Positions 1 through 8,905 are shown, numbered from the stretch's first letter. The stretch is DNA of 47,268 nt from an uncultured Oscillospiraceae bacterium (GCA_900552225.1 URYX01000001.1:1-47268), one strand, 5' to 3'. Notes: generated by a model from the letters alone, not told the origin. Numbers and translations are program-made.

Positions 1-849
1 ACCACGACCACCGGCAGCACCACGACCACAACCGCCGGTGAAACCACCACGACCGCCGAAAGCACCACGACCACGACGGAAAACACGACCGCGACGACCG
101 GGTCGAAGCACTACGTCGAGGGCAAAAAGCAGACCTGGAAGGCCCCGACCTATTTCACGACGATGGATCAGGACGGCGTCGGCAGCCGCTGGATCTATGA
201 GTATGCGTTCAACAAGGATTTCTCGGACATCCGGCCCATGGATCCGAACGGCAAGCTGTTCAAGAGCAGCGTCTGCATCGCCAATGAGACGGCTTCGCTG
301 GCCTCTCCGTGGAATACGGACCTGTACATCATGCCCGGTATGGCCAACCGCGGCACCGCCGAGGAGCCCGTATGGGTTCCCGTGGACGCCATCCAGACCT
401 TTGTGGCGTCGGTGGACGGCCGCCTGTCCGTGGACGCGAGCACGATCGTGCGCCGCTTCGGCAGCGCGGAATCCGGCACGGAGGCCACCTACACCGCGGA
501 ATACGCGATTTATCTGAACGATCAGAAGATCTGGCCGGCGGACGATGCCTGGGCCGTGGTCAGCAGCGAATGCGGCAACAAGCTGGAGGTGCCGGCGCTG
601 AACGACATCCGCGTTAAGAAGGGCGATCGGATGCGCTTTGCGGTAAATGCCGGCGCAGGCTCCAGCTTCAATGACCTGACCCAGTGGTATGTCACGGTTC
701 ACGAGACCGAGCTGATCGAGACCGACGACCCGAACGCTCCGGATATCCCGGCCGGCGATATGCTGCCGATCGGTGTGGCGGCGCTGTGCGTGGCGATGGC
801 TGCGGCGGCCGCGATCCTGGTGTCCGGCAAAAAGGCAAAGGCGCAGTAA
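1..849 (+). CDS. Cell-surface protein, 5'-truncated by the window edge: Thr-rich linker, ~190-aa domain of unknown function, C-terminal TM anchor
   Basis: Frame 1 is open from base 1 (TTTGSTTTTTAGETTTTAESTTTTTENTTATTGSKHYVEGKKQTWKAPTYF...), so the tracked Met at 163 is internal. The domain aligns with the next gene (W.YEY, W.TD.Y..PG, YLND.KIWP..DAWA.V, V.KGD..RF, WYVTV). It ends with the hydrophobic helix IGVAALCVAMAAAAAILV plus KKAKAQ. No LPXTG motif. Confidence 0.7.
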   Translation, partial: TTTTGSTTTTTAGETTTTAESTTTTTENTTATTGSKHYVEGKKQTWKAPTYFTTMDQDGVGSRWIYEYAFNKDFSDIRPMDPNGKLFKSSVCIANETASLASPWNTDLYIMPGMANRGTAEEPVWVPVDAIQTFVASVDGRLSVDASTIVRRFGSAESGTEATYTAEYAIYLNDQKIWPADDAWAVVSSECGNKLEVPALNDIRVKKGDRMRFAVNAGAGSSFNDLTQWYVTVHETELIETDDPNAPDIPAGDMLPIGVAALCVAMAAAAAILVSGKKAKAQ

Positions 850-887
850 ACCGAACAGGTCCCGTGCCGGTGTGCGGGAGCGGGAAT

Positions 888-914
888 GCAGGGGAGCGGT
901 TGCGGTTCCCCTGC
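888..914 (+). other. GC hairpin between the two surface-protein genes (8-bp stem GCAGGGGA/TCCCCTGC), no clean U-tract
   Basis: Inverted repeat read directly from the sequence. Followed by a CT-rich stretch, not a T-run. Could be a weak terminator, attenuator or mRNA stabiliser. Confidence 0.3.
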
Positions 915-989
915 ACCTCTCCTTTCTCCCGGCCTGCGGCGCGGGCTCGGAATACGGCAGCACAGTAATCTCAAGAAGGAGGATTTTCC

Positions 990-1958
990 TTGAAACAGGT
1001 TTTCCGTAAGGTGGGGCTCCTGGCCCTGACCGTAACGCTGACGGCGTCCGCACTGCTGTCCGGAGCTGCAGCGGCCTCGGCGGCCGCGTTTGATCTCAGT
1101 CAGTACGAGGTGACGACATATAAGGCCCCGAGCTACAAGGCGAAGGACACCATGCAGGGCATCGGCACCGTCTGGCAGTATGAGTATTCCGAGGGCGAGC
1201 ACAGCCTCGACTTCAAGCCGACGACCAAGGTGCTCGGACTCTATGTTTCCCATAAGGACGAGGAGATGGAGGGTGGCAAGGGGCAGGCCGCCGGTCTGTT
1301 CAGCTACTGGGGCACCGATATCTACCTGGCACCCGGCTATCTGGCGGCGGGCAATGTACCGCTCAACGCGGTGCAGGTGTTCGTGGTGCCGGAGGACGGC
1401 TATGCCACCGTCAACTCCTGCGACATCATCCGCCACTATGGCAACGCGGACGACAACACGATGGACTGCGAGGTCGCGGTGTATCTCAACGACCGGAAGA
1501 TTTGGCCCGAGGGCGATGCCTGGGCCGCCGTCAATCCGCAGCTGACCCCGCCGAACACGCTGACCATGCCGCAGTTCGGCGACCTGGAGGTCCAAAAGGG
1601 CGATAAGATCCGCTTTGTGCTCGGGCCCGGGAACATGCAGTATGTTTCGTGGGATGACCCGGTCAAATGGTATGTGACGGTGGATCTGTACACGAAGAAG
1701 GCGGAGACCGATCCGCCGACGACCACAACCGAGGAGCCGACGACTACGACGGCCTCCGTCACCTCGACCACCGGAAAGGGCAGCACAACCGCCTCCGTCA
1801 CCAAAACGACCGGCAGCACCGCTTCTACGGCGGCGGCCGACGGCGAGGCCGAGTCCTCCCCCGTATGGCCCTGGATTGTCGGCGGTGTGGTGATCCTTGC
1901 GGCAGCGGGAGCCGCAGCAGCGGTAATCCTGATCCGTAAGAAGAAGGCAAAGACCTAA
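990..1958 (+). CDS. Secreted surface protein, paralog of the preceding gene: signal peptide, same unknown domain, Thr-rich linker, C-terminal TM anchor
   Basis: TTG start 7 nt after AGGAGG. Signal peptide MKQVFRKVGLLALTVTLTASALLSGAAAASAAA. Shares motif blocks with 1..849. Linker TDPPTTTTEEPTTTTASVTSTTGKGSTTASVTKTTGSTAS. Tail WPWIVGGVVILAAAGAAAAVILIRKKKAKT. Confidence 0.75.
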   Translation: MKQVFRKVGLLALTVTLTASALLSGAAAASAAAFDLSQYEVTTYKAPSYKAKDTMQGIGTVWQYEYSEGEHSLDFKPTTKVLGLYVSHKDEEMEGGKGQAAGLFSYWGTDIYLAPGYLAAGNVPLNAVQVFVVPEDGYATVNSCDIIRHYGNADDNTMDCEVAVYLNDRKIWPEGDAWAAVNPQLTPPNTLTMPQFGDLEVQKGDKIRFVLGPGNMQYVSWDDPVKWYVTVDLYTKKAETDPPTTTTEEPTTTTASVTSTTGKGSTTASVTKTTGSTASTAAADGEAESSPVWPWIVGGVVILAAAGAAAAVILIRKKKAKT

Positions 1959-1995
1959 ACCGCCCGGGATACCCCGGAGCGTTGGGACACAATCC

Positions 1996-2024
1996 CCTCC
2001 CCGCCGCCCGGTGCGGCGGGGAGG
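1996..2024 (+). other. Perfect 12-bp GC hairpin (CCTCCCCGCCGC / GCGGCGGGGAGG, 5-nt loop) just upstream of the SBP ribosome-binding site; no U-tract
   Basis: Inverted repeat read from the sequence. It lies 9 nt before the GGGAAGGG RBS of the 2046 gene. Confidence 0.4.
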
Positions 2025-2045
2025 AACGGCAGGGAAGGGCATGGC

Positions 2046-4895
2046 GTGATGATGAAACGGAAAATAATCGCAGGATTCCTCAGTGTGACTCTGACGCTGT
2101 GCCTGGCGGCGGGGCCGGCGGCCGCGCTGTCGGCGGAGGACCAGCCCTGCTCCGCGCCGCTGGAGAGCGGCAGCACGGCGGACTTCGCCTATACGGCCTA
2201 CCGGCAGCAATACGCACAGGCGGGATTCCCGCAGCGCGAGATTGCGGTGCCGCTGACGCAGGCGGAGGGCGGTGAGGCGACCCGCGTCCGGACGGACGGC
2301 GGGGAGGAGCGGGACGGCTGGCTGACACGGGAGGAGGAAACCGTGACCTGGCCGTTCACCGTGGCGGAGACTGGCTGGTACCGCCTGCAGATCTGCTACT
2401 TTACGGGCGGCGGCAGCGCCGTCATGGAGCGCGGGCTCCGCATTGACGGAGAGCAGCCGTTCAGTGAGGCGGAGGGCCTGTCCTTTTTCCGTATGTGGCA
2501 GGACGTGCCGGTCACCGACACCGTCGGGGACCATCGGTTCGCCGTGGACCGGCAGGGCAATGAGCGCCTGCCGGAGCAGACCGTGGCGGCGGACTGGAGC
2601 ACGGTGTGGGTGCGCGAAAGCAGCGGCATGGTGACCGAGCCGCTGTGCTTTTACCTGACGGCGGGCGAGCACACTCTGTCGCTCACCGCACTGCGGGAGG
2701 ATATGGTCATCGGAGCGATGACTTTCGGCCAGCCGGAGGAGCTTCCCTCCTATGAGGCCTACCGGCAGGCCCACGCGGCCGCGGCCGAGGTGCCGTCGTT
2801 TAGCTTCGTGCGGCAGGGCGAGGATTACCTGCGCAAATCGCATCAGGAAATCGTGCCGATCAATGACCGCACCTCGGCGGCCACGCAGCCGGCCTCCGCG
2901 TCGATTCTGTATCTGAATACGGTCGGCGGCTCGGGCTGGAGCGTAAACGGCATGTGGATCGAATGGGAGATCACGGTGCCGGAGGACGGACTGTACCGTC
3001 TGGCACTCCGCTACCGTCAGAATTTTTTGAGCGGCATGACCGCGAACCGGCGGCTGCGGCTGGACGGAGAGGTGCCGTTTGCCGAGGCGGAAACGCTGGA
3101 ATTTCCCTATCATAACGGATGGAAAAACAAGGTGCTCGGCGGAGAGGACGGCGACTGGCTGCTCTATCTGACCGCGGGCACCACCCACATACTGCGCCTG
3201 GAGTGCACGCTCGGAGCCTCGGCCCCGCTGCTGCAGACGGCGCAGGAGCTGGCCTCCTCCCTCAATACGGTGTACCGCCGGATGGTCATGTACATGGGCA
3301 GCGCGCCGGATACCAACCGCGACTACAAGGTGGAGGAGATTCTGCCGGAGGAGATGGCGGTGCTGGCGCGGAGCCGCGATCGGCTGACAGCCCTTTCGGA
3401 GGAGCTGATTGCCCTGTCCGGCGGCCGCGGCGATGCCAATGTGGCCATCGATAACCTCTGTGACGTATTGCAAAAAATGGTGAAGGATCCGCGGGACGTT
3501 CCGTCTCTGCTGACCACCTTCCGTGACTATATCGCCTCGCTGAGCACCTGGATTCAGACCCAGAGCAAGCAGGCACTCGAGATTGACTGGCTGGCGCTGC
3601 TCGGGCATGACGATGCGCCGCCGGAGGAATCGGCGGGCTTTTTCCGCAGCCTCTCCTTCGGCTTCCGGTCGTTCCTGTCCTCCTTCGTGACGGATTATTC
3701 CATGATGCTCGGGGAGGAGTCGGATGAGACCATCGAGGTGTGGATTGCCTCGGGACGCGATCAGGCGCAGATTCTGAAGGAGCTGGTGATGAACCGCTTC
3801 AGCACGGAATACGGCATCGGCGTCAACCTGAAGCTCGTCAGCGGACAGCTGCTGCTCGCCACCATGGCGGGCGAGGGCCCGGACGTGGCGCTCGGCCAGA
3901 GCTCCGCCGACGTGATGAATTTTGCCCTGCGGCATGCCCTGCAGAGCATAGAGCAGTATGATGGCTTTGAGACGCTGCGGCAGGAGTTCTCCGACGAGGC
4001 GTTTGTGCCGCTCTCGTGGGGAGAGCAGGTATACGCCCTGCCCGAGCAGCAGACCTATCCGCTGCTGTTTTACCGCTCGGATGTATTGAACGAGCTCGGG
4101 CTGCCGCTGCCCTCCTCCTGGCAGGAGCTGTACACGGTCATCGGTGAGCTGCAGAAGAATAACCTGCAGTTCGGCTATCCGACCGGGCTCTACGGCTACG
4201 CGACGATGCTCTATCAGCAGGGCGAGCAGCTGTACGAGCCGGACGGCGCACAGAGCCGTCTCAGCGGCCGCACGGCGGTGGAGACCTTCAAGGAGTGGGT
4301 ACGGCTGTATACGAACTACGGGATTCCGGTGGAATACGACGCCTCCAACCGGTTTCGCTCCGGCGAGATGCCGCTGCTGATTGCCGATTATACGCTGTAT
4401 AACACGCTGTCGGTATTCGCACCGGAAATCCGCGGTCAGTGGGGCTTTATGGTGCTTCCCGGCGTGCAGGAGGCCGAGCGCGTGAACCGCTCCTCCGCCT
4501 CGGCGGTGACGGGCTGCGTGATGATCGGCCAGAGCGGGCATAAGGAGGCCGCGTGGACGTTCATGAAGTGGTGGGCCTCGGCCGATACGCAGGCGCGCTA
4601 CGGCAGCCGCCTGGAGGCGGTGCTCGGCACGTCCGCGCGCTATGCCGCCGCCAACAACACCGCCCTGCGGCAGCTCTCCTGGACCGCCTCGGAGCTGCGG
4701 GTGCTGGAGACCCAGCGGTCGTGGGTGCACGGAATCCCGGAGGTGCCCGGCTCCTATTACACCTCCCGCCATCTGGACAACGCCTTCCGGCGTGTCGTCA
4801 ACTACGGCGAGGACGAGCGCAAAACACTGATCGAGTACGCTCAGGTGATCGACGAGGAAATTCGCTATAAACGGCGGGAGCTGAGGCTCTCATAA
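2046..4895 (+). CDS. Giant (949 aa) extracellular solute-binding protein: signal peptide, two CBM6/35-like beta-sandwich repeats, helical linker, family-1 (CUT1-type) sugar SBP domain
   Basis: N-terminus MMMKRKIIAGFLSVTLTLCLAAGPAAALSA. The start could be GTG 2046 or ATG 2049/2052. Two internal repeats: VTWPFTVAETGWYRLQICY...LRIDGEQPFSEAEGLSF...FYLTAGEHTLSL and IEWEITVPEDGLYRLALRY...LRLDGEVPFAEAETLEF...LYLTAGTTHILRL. The C-terminal ~400 aa have an SBP-like pattern (IEVWIASGRDQAQILKELV..., FMKWWASADTQARYG). Followed by two permease genes. Confidence 0.85.
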   Translation: MMMKRKIIAGFLSVTLTLCLAAGPAAALSAEDQPCSAPLESGSTADFAYTAYRQQYAQAGFPQREIAVPLTQAEGGEATRVRTDGGEERDGWLTREEETVTWPFTVAETGWYRLQICYFTGGGSAVMERGLRIDGEQPFSEAEGLSFFRMWQDVPVTDTVGDHRFAVDRQGNERLPEQTVAADWSTVWVRESSGMVTEPLCFYLTAGEHTLSLTALREDMVIGAMTFGQPEELPSYEAYRQAHAAAAEVPSFSFVRQGEDYLRKSHQEIVPINDRTSAATQPASASILYLNTVGGSGWSVNGMWIEWEITVPEDGLYRLALRYRQNFLSGMTANRRLRLDGEVPFAEAETLEFPYHNGWKNKVLGGEDGDWLLYLTAGTTHILRLECTLGASAPLLQTAQELASSLNTVYRRMVMYMGSAPDTNRDYKVEEILPEEMAVLARSRDRLTALSEELIALSGGRGDANVAIDNLCDVLQKMVKDPRDVPSLLTTFRDYIASLSTWIQTQSKQALEIDWLALLGHDDAPPEESAGFFRSLSFGFRSFLSSFVTDYSMMLGEESDETIEVWIASGRDQAQILKELVMNRFSTEYGIGVNLKLVSGQLLLATMAGEGPDVALGQSSADVMNFALRHALQSIEQYDGFETLRQEFSDEAFVPLSWGEQVYALPEQQTYPLLFYRSDVLNELGLPLPSSWQELYTVIGELQKNNLQFGYPTGLYGYATMLYQQGEQLYEPDGAQSRLSGRTAVETFKEWVRLYTNYGIPVEYDASNRFRSGEMPLLIADYTLYNTLSVFAPEIRGQWGFMVLPGVQEAERVNRSSASAVTGCVMIGQSGHKEAAWTFMKWWASADTQARYGSRLEAVLGTSARYAAANNTALRQLSWTASELRVLETQRSWVHGIPEVPGSYYTSRHLDNAFRRVVNYGEDERKTLIEYAQVIDEEIRYKRRELRLS

Positions 4896-4913
4896 GGAAA
4901 GGGGTGACCGGCC

Positions 4914-5810
4914 ATGTGGTCTTATTTGCGAGGGTATCTCAAGACCCACGGGATTTATTACCTGTTTATACTTCCCTTCCTGGTTCTGTTCTGTATTTTT
5001 ACGGTAGCTCCTGTGCTGACTTCGATTTTTTACAGCTTTACCTACTATAACATTCTGGAGGCCCCGCAGTTTCTGTGGGCGGATAACTACGTGCGCCTGT
5101 TTACGCAGGATACGGTGTTCCTGACGGCCATCAAGAATACTCTGCTGATTGCGCTGGTGACGGGGCCGGTGAGCTACCTGCTCTGCTTCTTCCTGGCGTG
5201 GATGATCAACGACCTGAAGCCGCGGATGCGGGCGGTGCTGACGCTCTGCTTCTACGCCCCCTCCATCACGAGCTCAGTGTACGTGGTGTGGACCTACGTC
5301 TTCAGCGGCGACCGCTACGGCCTGCTGAACAGCGTGCTGCTGCGGCTGAACCTCATCGACACCCCGATTCTGTATCTGAAGAATCCGGATTACATGATGA
5401 TGGTGGTCATCATCGTGTCGCTGTGGATGAGCATCGGCACCAGCTTCCTGGCGTTCGTGGCCGGCTTTCAGGGCCTCGATAAGACGCTGTACGAGGCGGG
5501 CGCCGTGGAGGGTGTCAAAAACCGGTGGCAGGAGCTGTGGTATATCACGCTGCCGATGATGCGGCCTCAGCTGATGTTCGGTGCCGTGATGCAGATCAGC
5601 GCCGCCTTCTCGGTCGGCGCGGTGGCGGATGCCCTGGTGGGCTTCCCCAGCGTGGATTACGCCACGCATACGGTGATGAATCACCTGATCGACTACGGCA
5701 ATATCCGGTTTGAGCTCGGCTATGCCTCGGCCATTGCCACGGTGCTGTTTTTCATGACGGTCGGCACCAACGAGGTCATCAACAAGCTGCTCAGCAAAGT
5801 GGGAAAGTGA
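4914..5810 (+). CDS. Sugar ABC transporter permease (MalF/CUT1-type)
   Basis: Six hydrophobic segments. EAA loop EAGAVEGVKNRWQELWYITLPMMRPQL. RBS AAGGAAAGGGG upstream. Confidence 0.9.
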   Translation: MWSYLRGYLKTHGIYYLFILPFLVLFCIFTVAPVLTSIFYSFTYYNILEAPQFLWADNYVRLFTQDTVFLTAIKNTLLIALVTGPVSYLLCFFLAWMINDLKPRMRAVLTLCFYAPSITSSVYVVWTYVFSGDRYGLLNSVLLRLNLIDTPILYLKNPDYMMMVVIIVSLWMSIGTSFLAFVAGFQGLDKTLYEAGAVEGVKNRWQELWYITLPMMRPQLMFGAVMQISAAFSVGAVADALVGFPSVDYATHTVMNHLIDYGNIRFELGYASAIATVLFFMTVGTNEVINKLLSKVGK

Positions 5811-5831
5811 ACGGAAAACGGAGGGATCCAG

Positions 5832-6737
5832 GTGAAAAAGGATAAAGCAACCGCCTCTGTGCGGCGGCCGGGACGACGGCTGCTGCATCATTTCCGGGTG
5901 GGACACGGCAACCGTTCGCTCGGCGGCAATCTGTGCATGGGCCTGTTTCTGCTGCTGATGGCGGTGTTTATGGTGTTTCCGCTGGTTTATACCGTCTGCA
6001 ACGCCTTCAAGCCGCTGAGCGAGCTGTTTCTGTTTCCGCCGCGCTTCTTCGTGCGCAACCCGACGCTGCAGAATTTCATCGATCTCGGCAATCTGGTGTC
6101 CTCCTCCTGGGTGCCGTTTTCACGCTACCTGTTCAACACGGTATTTATCGCGGCGGCCGGCACGGCGGGACACGTGTTTGTATCGGCCCACGCGGCCTAT
6201 GCGCTGGCCAACAATAAGTTTGCCGGCTCGCGCTTTATCTTCAAGGTGATCGTGCTGTCGCTGATGTTTTCGTCGGCGGTGACCGCGGTGCCGAGCTACC
6301 TGATCCTGGCGGACTTCGGCTGGATCGACAGCTACGCGGCCGTGATCGTGCCGGCCTTCAGCAGCAGCCTCGGCGTCTACCTGCTCAAGCAGTTTATGGA
6401 GGGAGTTCACCCGGCTCTGCTCGAATCGGCCCGCATGGACGGTGCCGGCGAGTTCCGGGTGCTGTGGAGGATCGTGATGCCGATCGTGCGGCCGGCCTGG
6501 CTGACGCTGATCATTCTGATGGTGCAGAACCTGTGGAACAGCAACAGCGGCTATATCTTTTCGGAGCAGCTCAAGACCCTGACCGGAGCGCTCAATCAGA
6601 TCGTGGCCGGCGGCATTGCCCGCGCCGGAACGGCCGGCGCCGCTTCTCTGTTTATGATGATTGTGCCGATTACGGTATTTGTGGTAACGCAGTCCAACGT
6701 CATCGAGACGATGGGTACCTCCGGCATGAAGGATTGA
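5832..6737 (+). CDS. Carbohydrate ABC transporter permease (MalG/CUT1-type)
   Basis: EAA loop ESARMDGAGEFRVLWRIVMPIVRPAW. GTG start after GGAGGGA. Hydrophobic profile. Confidence 0.9.
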   Translation: MKKDKATASVRRPGRRLLHHFRVGHGNRSLGGNLCMGLFLLLMAVFMVFPLVYTVCNAFKPLSELFLFPPRFFVRNPTLQNFIDLGNLVSSSWVPFSRYLFNTVFIAAAGTAGHVFVSAHAAYALANNKFAGSRFIFKVIVLSLMFSSAVTAVPSYLILADFGWIDSYAAVIVPAFSSSLGVYLLKQFMEGVHPALLESARMDGAGEFRVLWRIVMPIVRPAWLTLIILMVQNLWNSNSGYIFSEQLKTLTGALNQIVAGGIARAGTAGAASLFMMIVPITVFVVTQSNVIETMGTSGMKD

Positions 6738-6780
6738 GAACGCACCGTAGGATACGGCAGCGAGGGAAAGGACGGTCGGC

Positions 6781-8262
6781 GTGAAACGATACAGAGGAAT
6801 AGCCGCGGTGCTGTCGGCACTGGTGCTTTGTGTGACCGGCGCGGTGGGAGCCCGGGCGGTGGCCTACGACAGCTATATCTATGAAAAGGAAACGGGAAAG
6901 GCCCTGCGTGCGCCGACGGCCATGGTCCCGGAGCTCTGCCTCAACGGCAATACCTATGCCATGTCACTGTTCCGCAACCCGGAGGACGCGGCGGTGGACG
7001 GCGAGGGCCGGGTGTATATTCTGGATTCCGGCAACAGCCGGGTGGTGTGCCTGTCGCCGGAGCTGGAGCTCCTGTGGACGCTGACCCGCCCGGAGGGGAA
7101 CGGGAGCTTTACCGATGCCCGGGGCCTGTTTGTGGGCAACGGTATGCTGTATATCGCGGACACGGGGCATGCCCGGGTGCTGCAGTACCCGCTGCCGCAG
7201 TCGCAGGAGGAGGCGGACGCGGCGCTGCCGCTCATCCTGGCTCCGAAAAATCTCCTGGTGGAGAACGACACGGGCTTTAAGCCGACCAAGCTGGTGGCGG
7301 ACAGTCAGGGCCGCCTGTTCATCGTGACCGAGGGCGTGTACGAGGGACTGGTGGAGCTGGCCTCCGACGGAGAATTCCTGGCCTATGTCGGTGCCAACCG
7401 CGTCAAAATGTCGCTGCTTGATCAGATCTGGCGGCTGTTTTCCACCGAAGCCCAGTGGCGGGCCAGCGAAAAATTTGTGCCGGTGGAGTTCAGCAACGTC
7501 TGCATGGACAGTGAGGGCTTTATCTTCACCACCTCGCGCGGCACCTCGGGAGACGAGATGCCGATCCGCCGCCTGAACCTGAGCGGCAGCGACGTGCTGA
7601 AGAACGCGGAGGACGAGGTCAGGCTCGGAGATGCCGATCTGCCGTCCCAGGCGGCTGCCACCTATTTCGGAGACGTGGCGGCGGGCCCCTACGGAATGTT
7701 CGCCGGGCTCGACCGGACCCGCGGACGCGTCTTTGTGTATAACGCGGATGTGCGGCTGCTGTTTGAATTCGGCGGCTCGGGCAGCCAGAACGGCACCTTC
7801 CAGAATCCGGTGGCGCTGCTGTGGCTGCAGGACGGACGGATGGCGGTGCTCGACCGCCTGACGGGCAACCTGACCGTGTTCCGCCCGACCGCCTACGGGG
7901 AGCTGGTGCTGTCCACCGCCTACTACGAGGACATCGGAGACTATACGGCCTCGGCCGAGGCCTATACGCGCATCCTGACCATGAACGCCAACAGCGAGAT
8001 TGCCTATGTCGGCGTGGGAGAGCAGTATTACCGCCAGGGAAACTACAAGGAGGCCATGCGCTGCTATCAGCTCGGCAACGACACCAAGTCCTATTCCAAG
8101 GCCTTTGTCAAGGAGCGGCAGAAAACGCTGAGCGTGGTCATTCCGTTCGTAATCGGTGCGCTGCTGCTGGCGGCCCTCGCCGCCATCGTGTCGGCGGTGG
8201 TGAAAAAGGTGCGGGAGCTGCGCGAGAGCGTGCGGAAGATCCGGAATATGCAGAAGCGGTGA
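6781..8262 (+). CDS. Extracytoplasmic NHL-repeat (beta-propeller) plus TPR protein with signal peptide and C-terminal TM anchor
   Basis: Signal peptide MKRYRGIAAVLSALVLCVTGAVGARA. NHL-like repeats (GRVYILDSGNSRVVCL, GMLYIADTGHARVLQY, GRLFIVTEGVYEGLVEL, RVFVYNADVRLLFEFG, GRMAVLDRLTGNLTVF). TPR-like YTRILTMNANSEIAYVGVGEQYYRQGNYKEAMRCYQL. TM helix LSVVIPFVIGALLLAALAAIVSAVV followed by a basic tail. Confidence 0.75.
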   Translation: MKRYRGIAAVLSALVLCVTGAVGARAVAYDSYIYEKETGKALRAPTAMVPELCLNGNTYAMSLFRNPEDAAVDGEGRVYILDSGNSRVVCLSPELELLWTLTRPEGNGSFTDARGLFVGNGMLYIADTGHARVLQYPLPQSQEEADAALPLILAPKNLLVENDTGFKPTKLVADSQGRLFIVTEGVYEGLVELASDGEFLAYVGANRVKMSLLDQIWRLFSTEAQWRASEKFVPVEFSNVCMDSEGFIFTTSRGTSGDEMPIRRLNLSGSDVLKNAEDEVRLGDADLPSQAAATYFGDVAAGPYGMFAGLDRTRGRVFVYNADVRLLFEFGGSGSQNGTFQNPVALLWLQDGRMAVLDRLTGNLTVFRPTAYGELVLSTAYYEDIGDYTASAEAYTRILTMNANSEIAYVGVGEQYYRQGNYKEAMRCYQLGNDTKSYSKAFVKERQKTLSVVIPFVIGALLLAALAAIVSAVVKKVRELRESVRKIRNMQKR

Positions 8263-8281
8263 GGGAAGGAGACGGTGTACG

Positions 8282-8905
8282 ATGGGATACGGAAAAGAAC
8301 TGAAATATTCCCTGTATACGGTGTTCCATCCGTTCAAAGGGTTTTGGGAAATCAAATATGAGGGGCGGGGCAGCCTGCGGGCCTCTATGACCTTTTTGGC
8401 GCTGTGCGTGCTGTCGCAGATTCTGCGCGGACAGCTGACCGGGTATATGTTCAACGAATATTACCCGGAGAGCGTGAATGCACTGCTCGTAACGGCCCAG
8501 GTGCTGGCACTGTTTTTCCTGTGGTGCCTGGCCAACTGGTGCCTGACCACGCTGCTGGAGGGGGAGGGCAGCCTGCACCATATCATGGTGGCGGTGGGCT
8601 ACTGCCTGCCTCCCGTGATTCTGGCCAACGTGGTCAACTGTATTTTAAGCAACCTGATTTCGCAGGACGAGGAGGCCTTCCTGCACTACATCGACGGAAT
8701 GGCGCTGCTGTGGTTCGGCTTTCTGCTGCTGGCGGCGACCGTGGTGGTGCAGCAGTATTCGCTGATGAAAACCGTCGGCACCTCGATCCTGACCGTGTGC
8801 GTCATGCTGATTTTTGTCTTTATCGGAATTCTGTGCGTGAGCCTGGTGCAGCAGGTGGTGTCCTTTGTCAACTCCGTGTACAGCGAGATTGTGTACCGTG
8901 TTTGA
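8282..8905 (+). CDS. Yip1-family polytopic membrane protein
   Basis: N-terminus HPFKGFWEIKYEGRGSLRASMTFLALCVLSQIL is typical of bacterial YIP1-domain proteins. About 5 TM segments. RBS GGAAGGAGA. Confidence 0.7.
   Translation: MGYGKELKYSLYTVFHPFKGFWEIKYEGRGSLRASMTFLALCVLSQILRGQLTGYMFNEYYPESVNALLVTAQVLALFFLWCLANWCLTTLLEGEGSLHHIMVAVGYCLPPVILANVVNCILSNLISQDEEAFLHYIDGMALLWFGFLLLAATVVVQQYSLMKTVGTSILTVCVMLIFVFIGILCVSLVQQVVSFVNSVYSEIVYRV

Noticed and set aside
1-110. Repetitive ACC/ACG-rich DNA here, at 1715..1830, and in the GAC/GCC repeats at 27470..27540: possible CRISPR or satellite
   Set aside because: All are in-frame coding low-complexity sequence (Thr-rich surface linkers and the Asp/Ala/Thr-rich Lgt tail). 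There is no repeat-spacer periodicity.
699-4772. 1357-aa ORF on the minus strand, and similar giants: 16606..21330 (1574 aa), 12540..15059 (839 aa), 20105..22201, 36013..37827, 31934..33676, 33459..35237, 38679..39962
   Set aside because: Each lies antisense to, or out of frame with, genes that have clear family signatures. Their translations are Arg/Gly/Pro/His/Ala-rich with no recognisable motifs, RBS or hydrophobic structure. Stop-poor alternative frames are expected in DNA this GC-rich.
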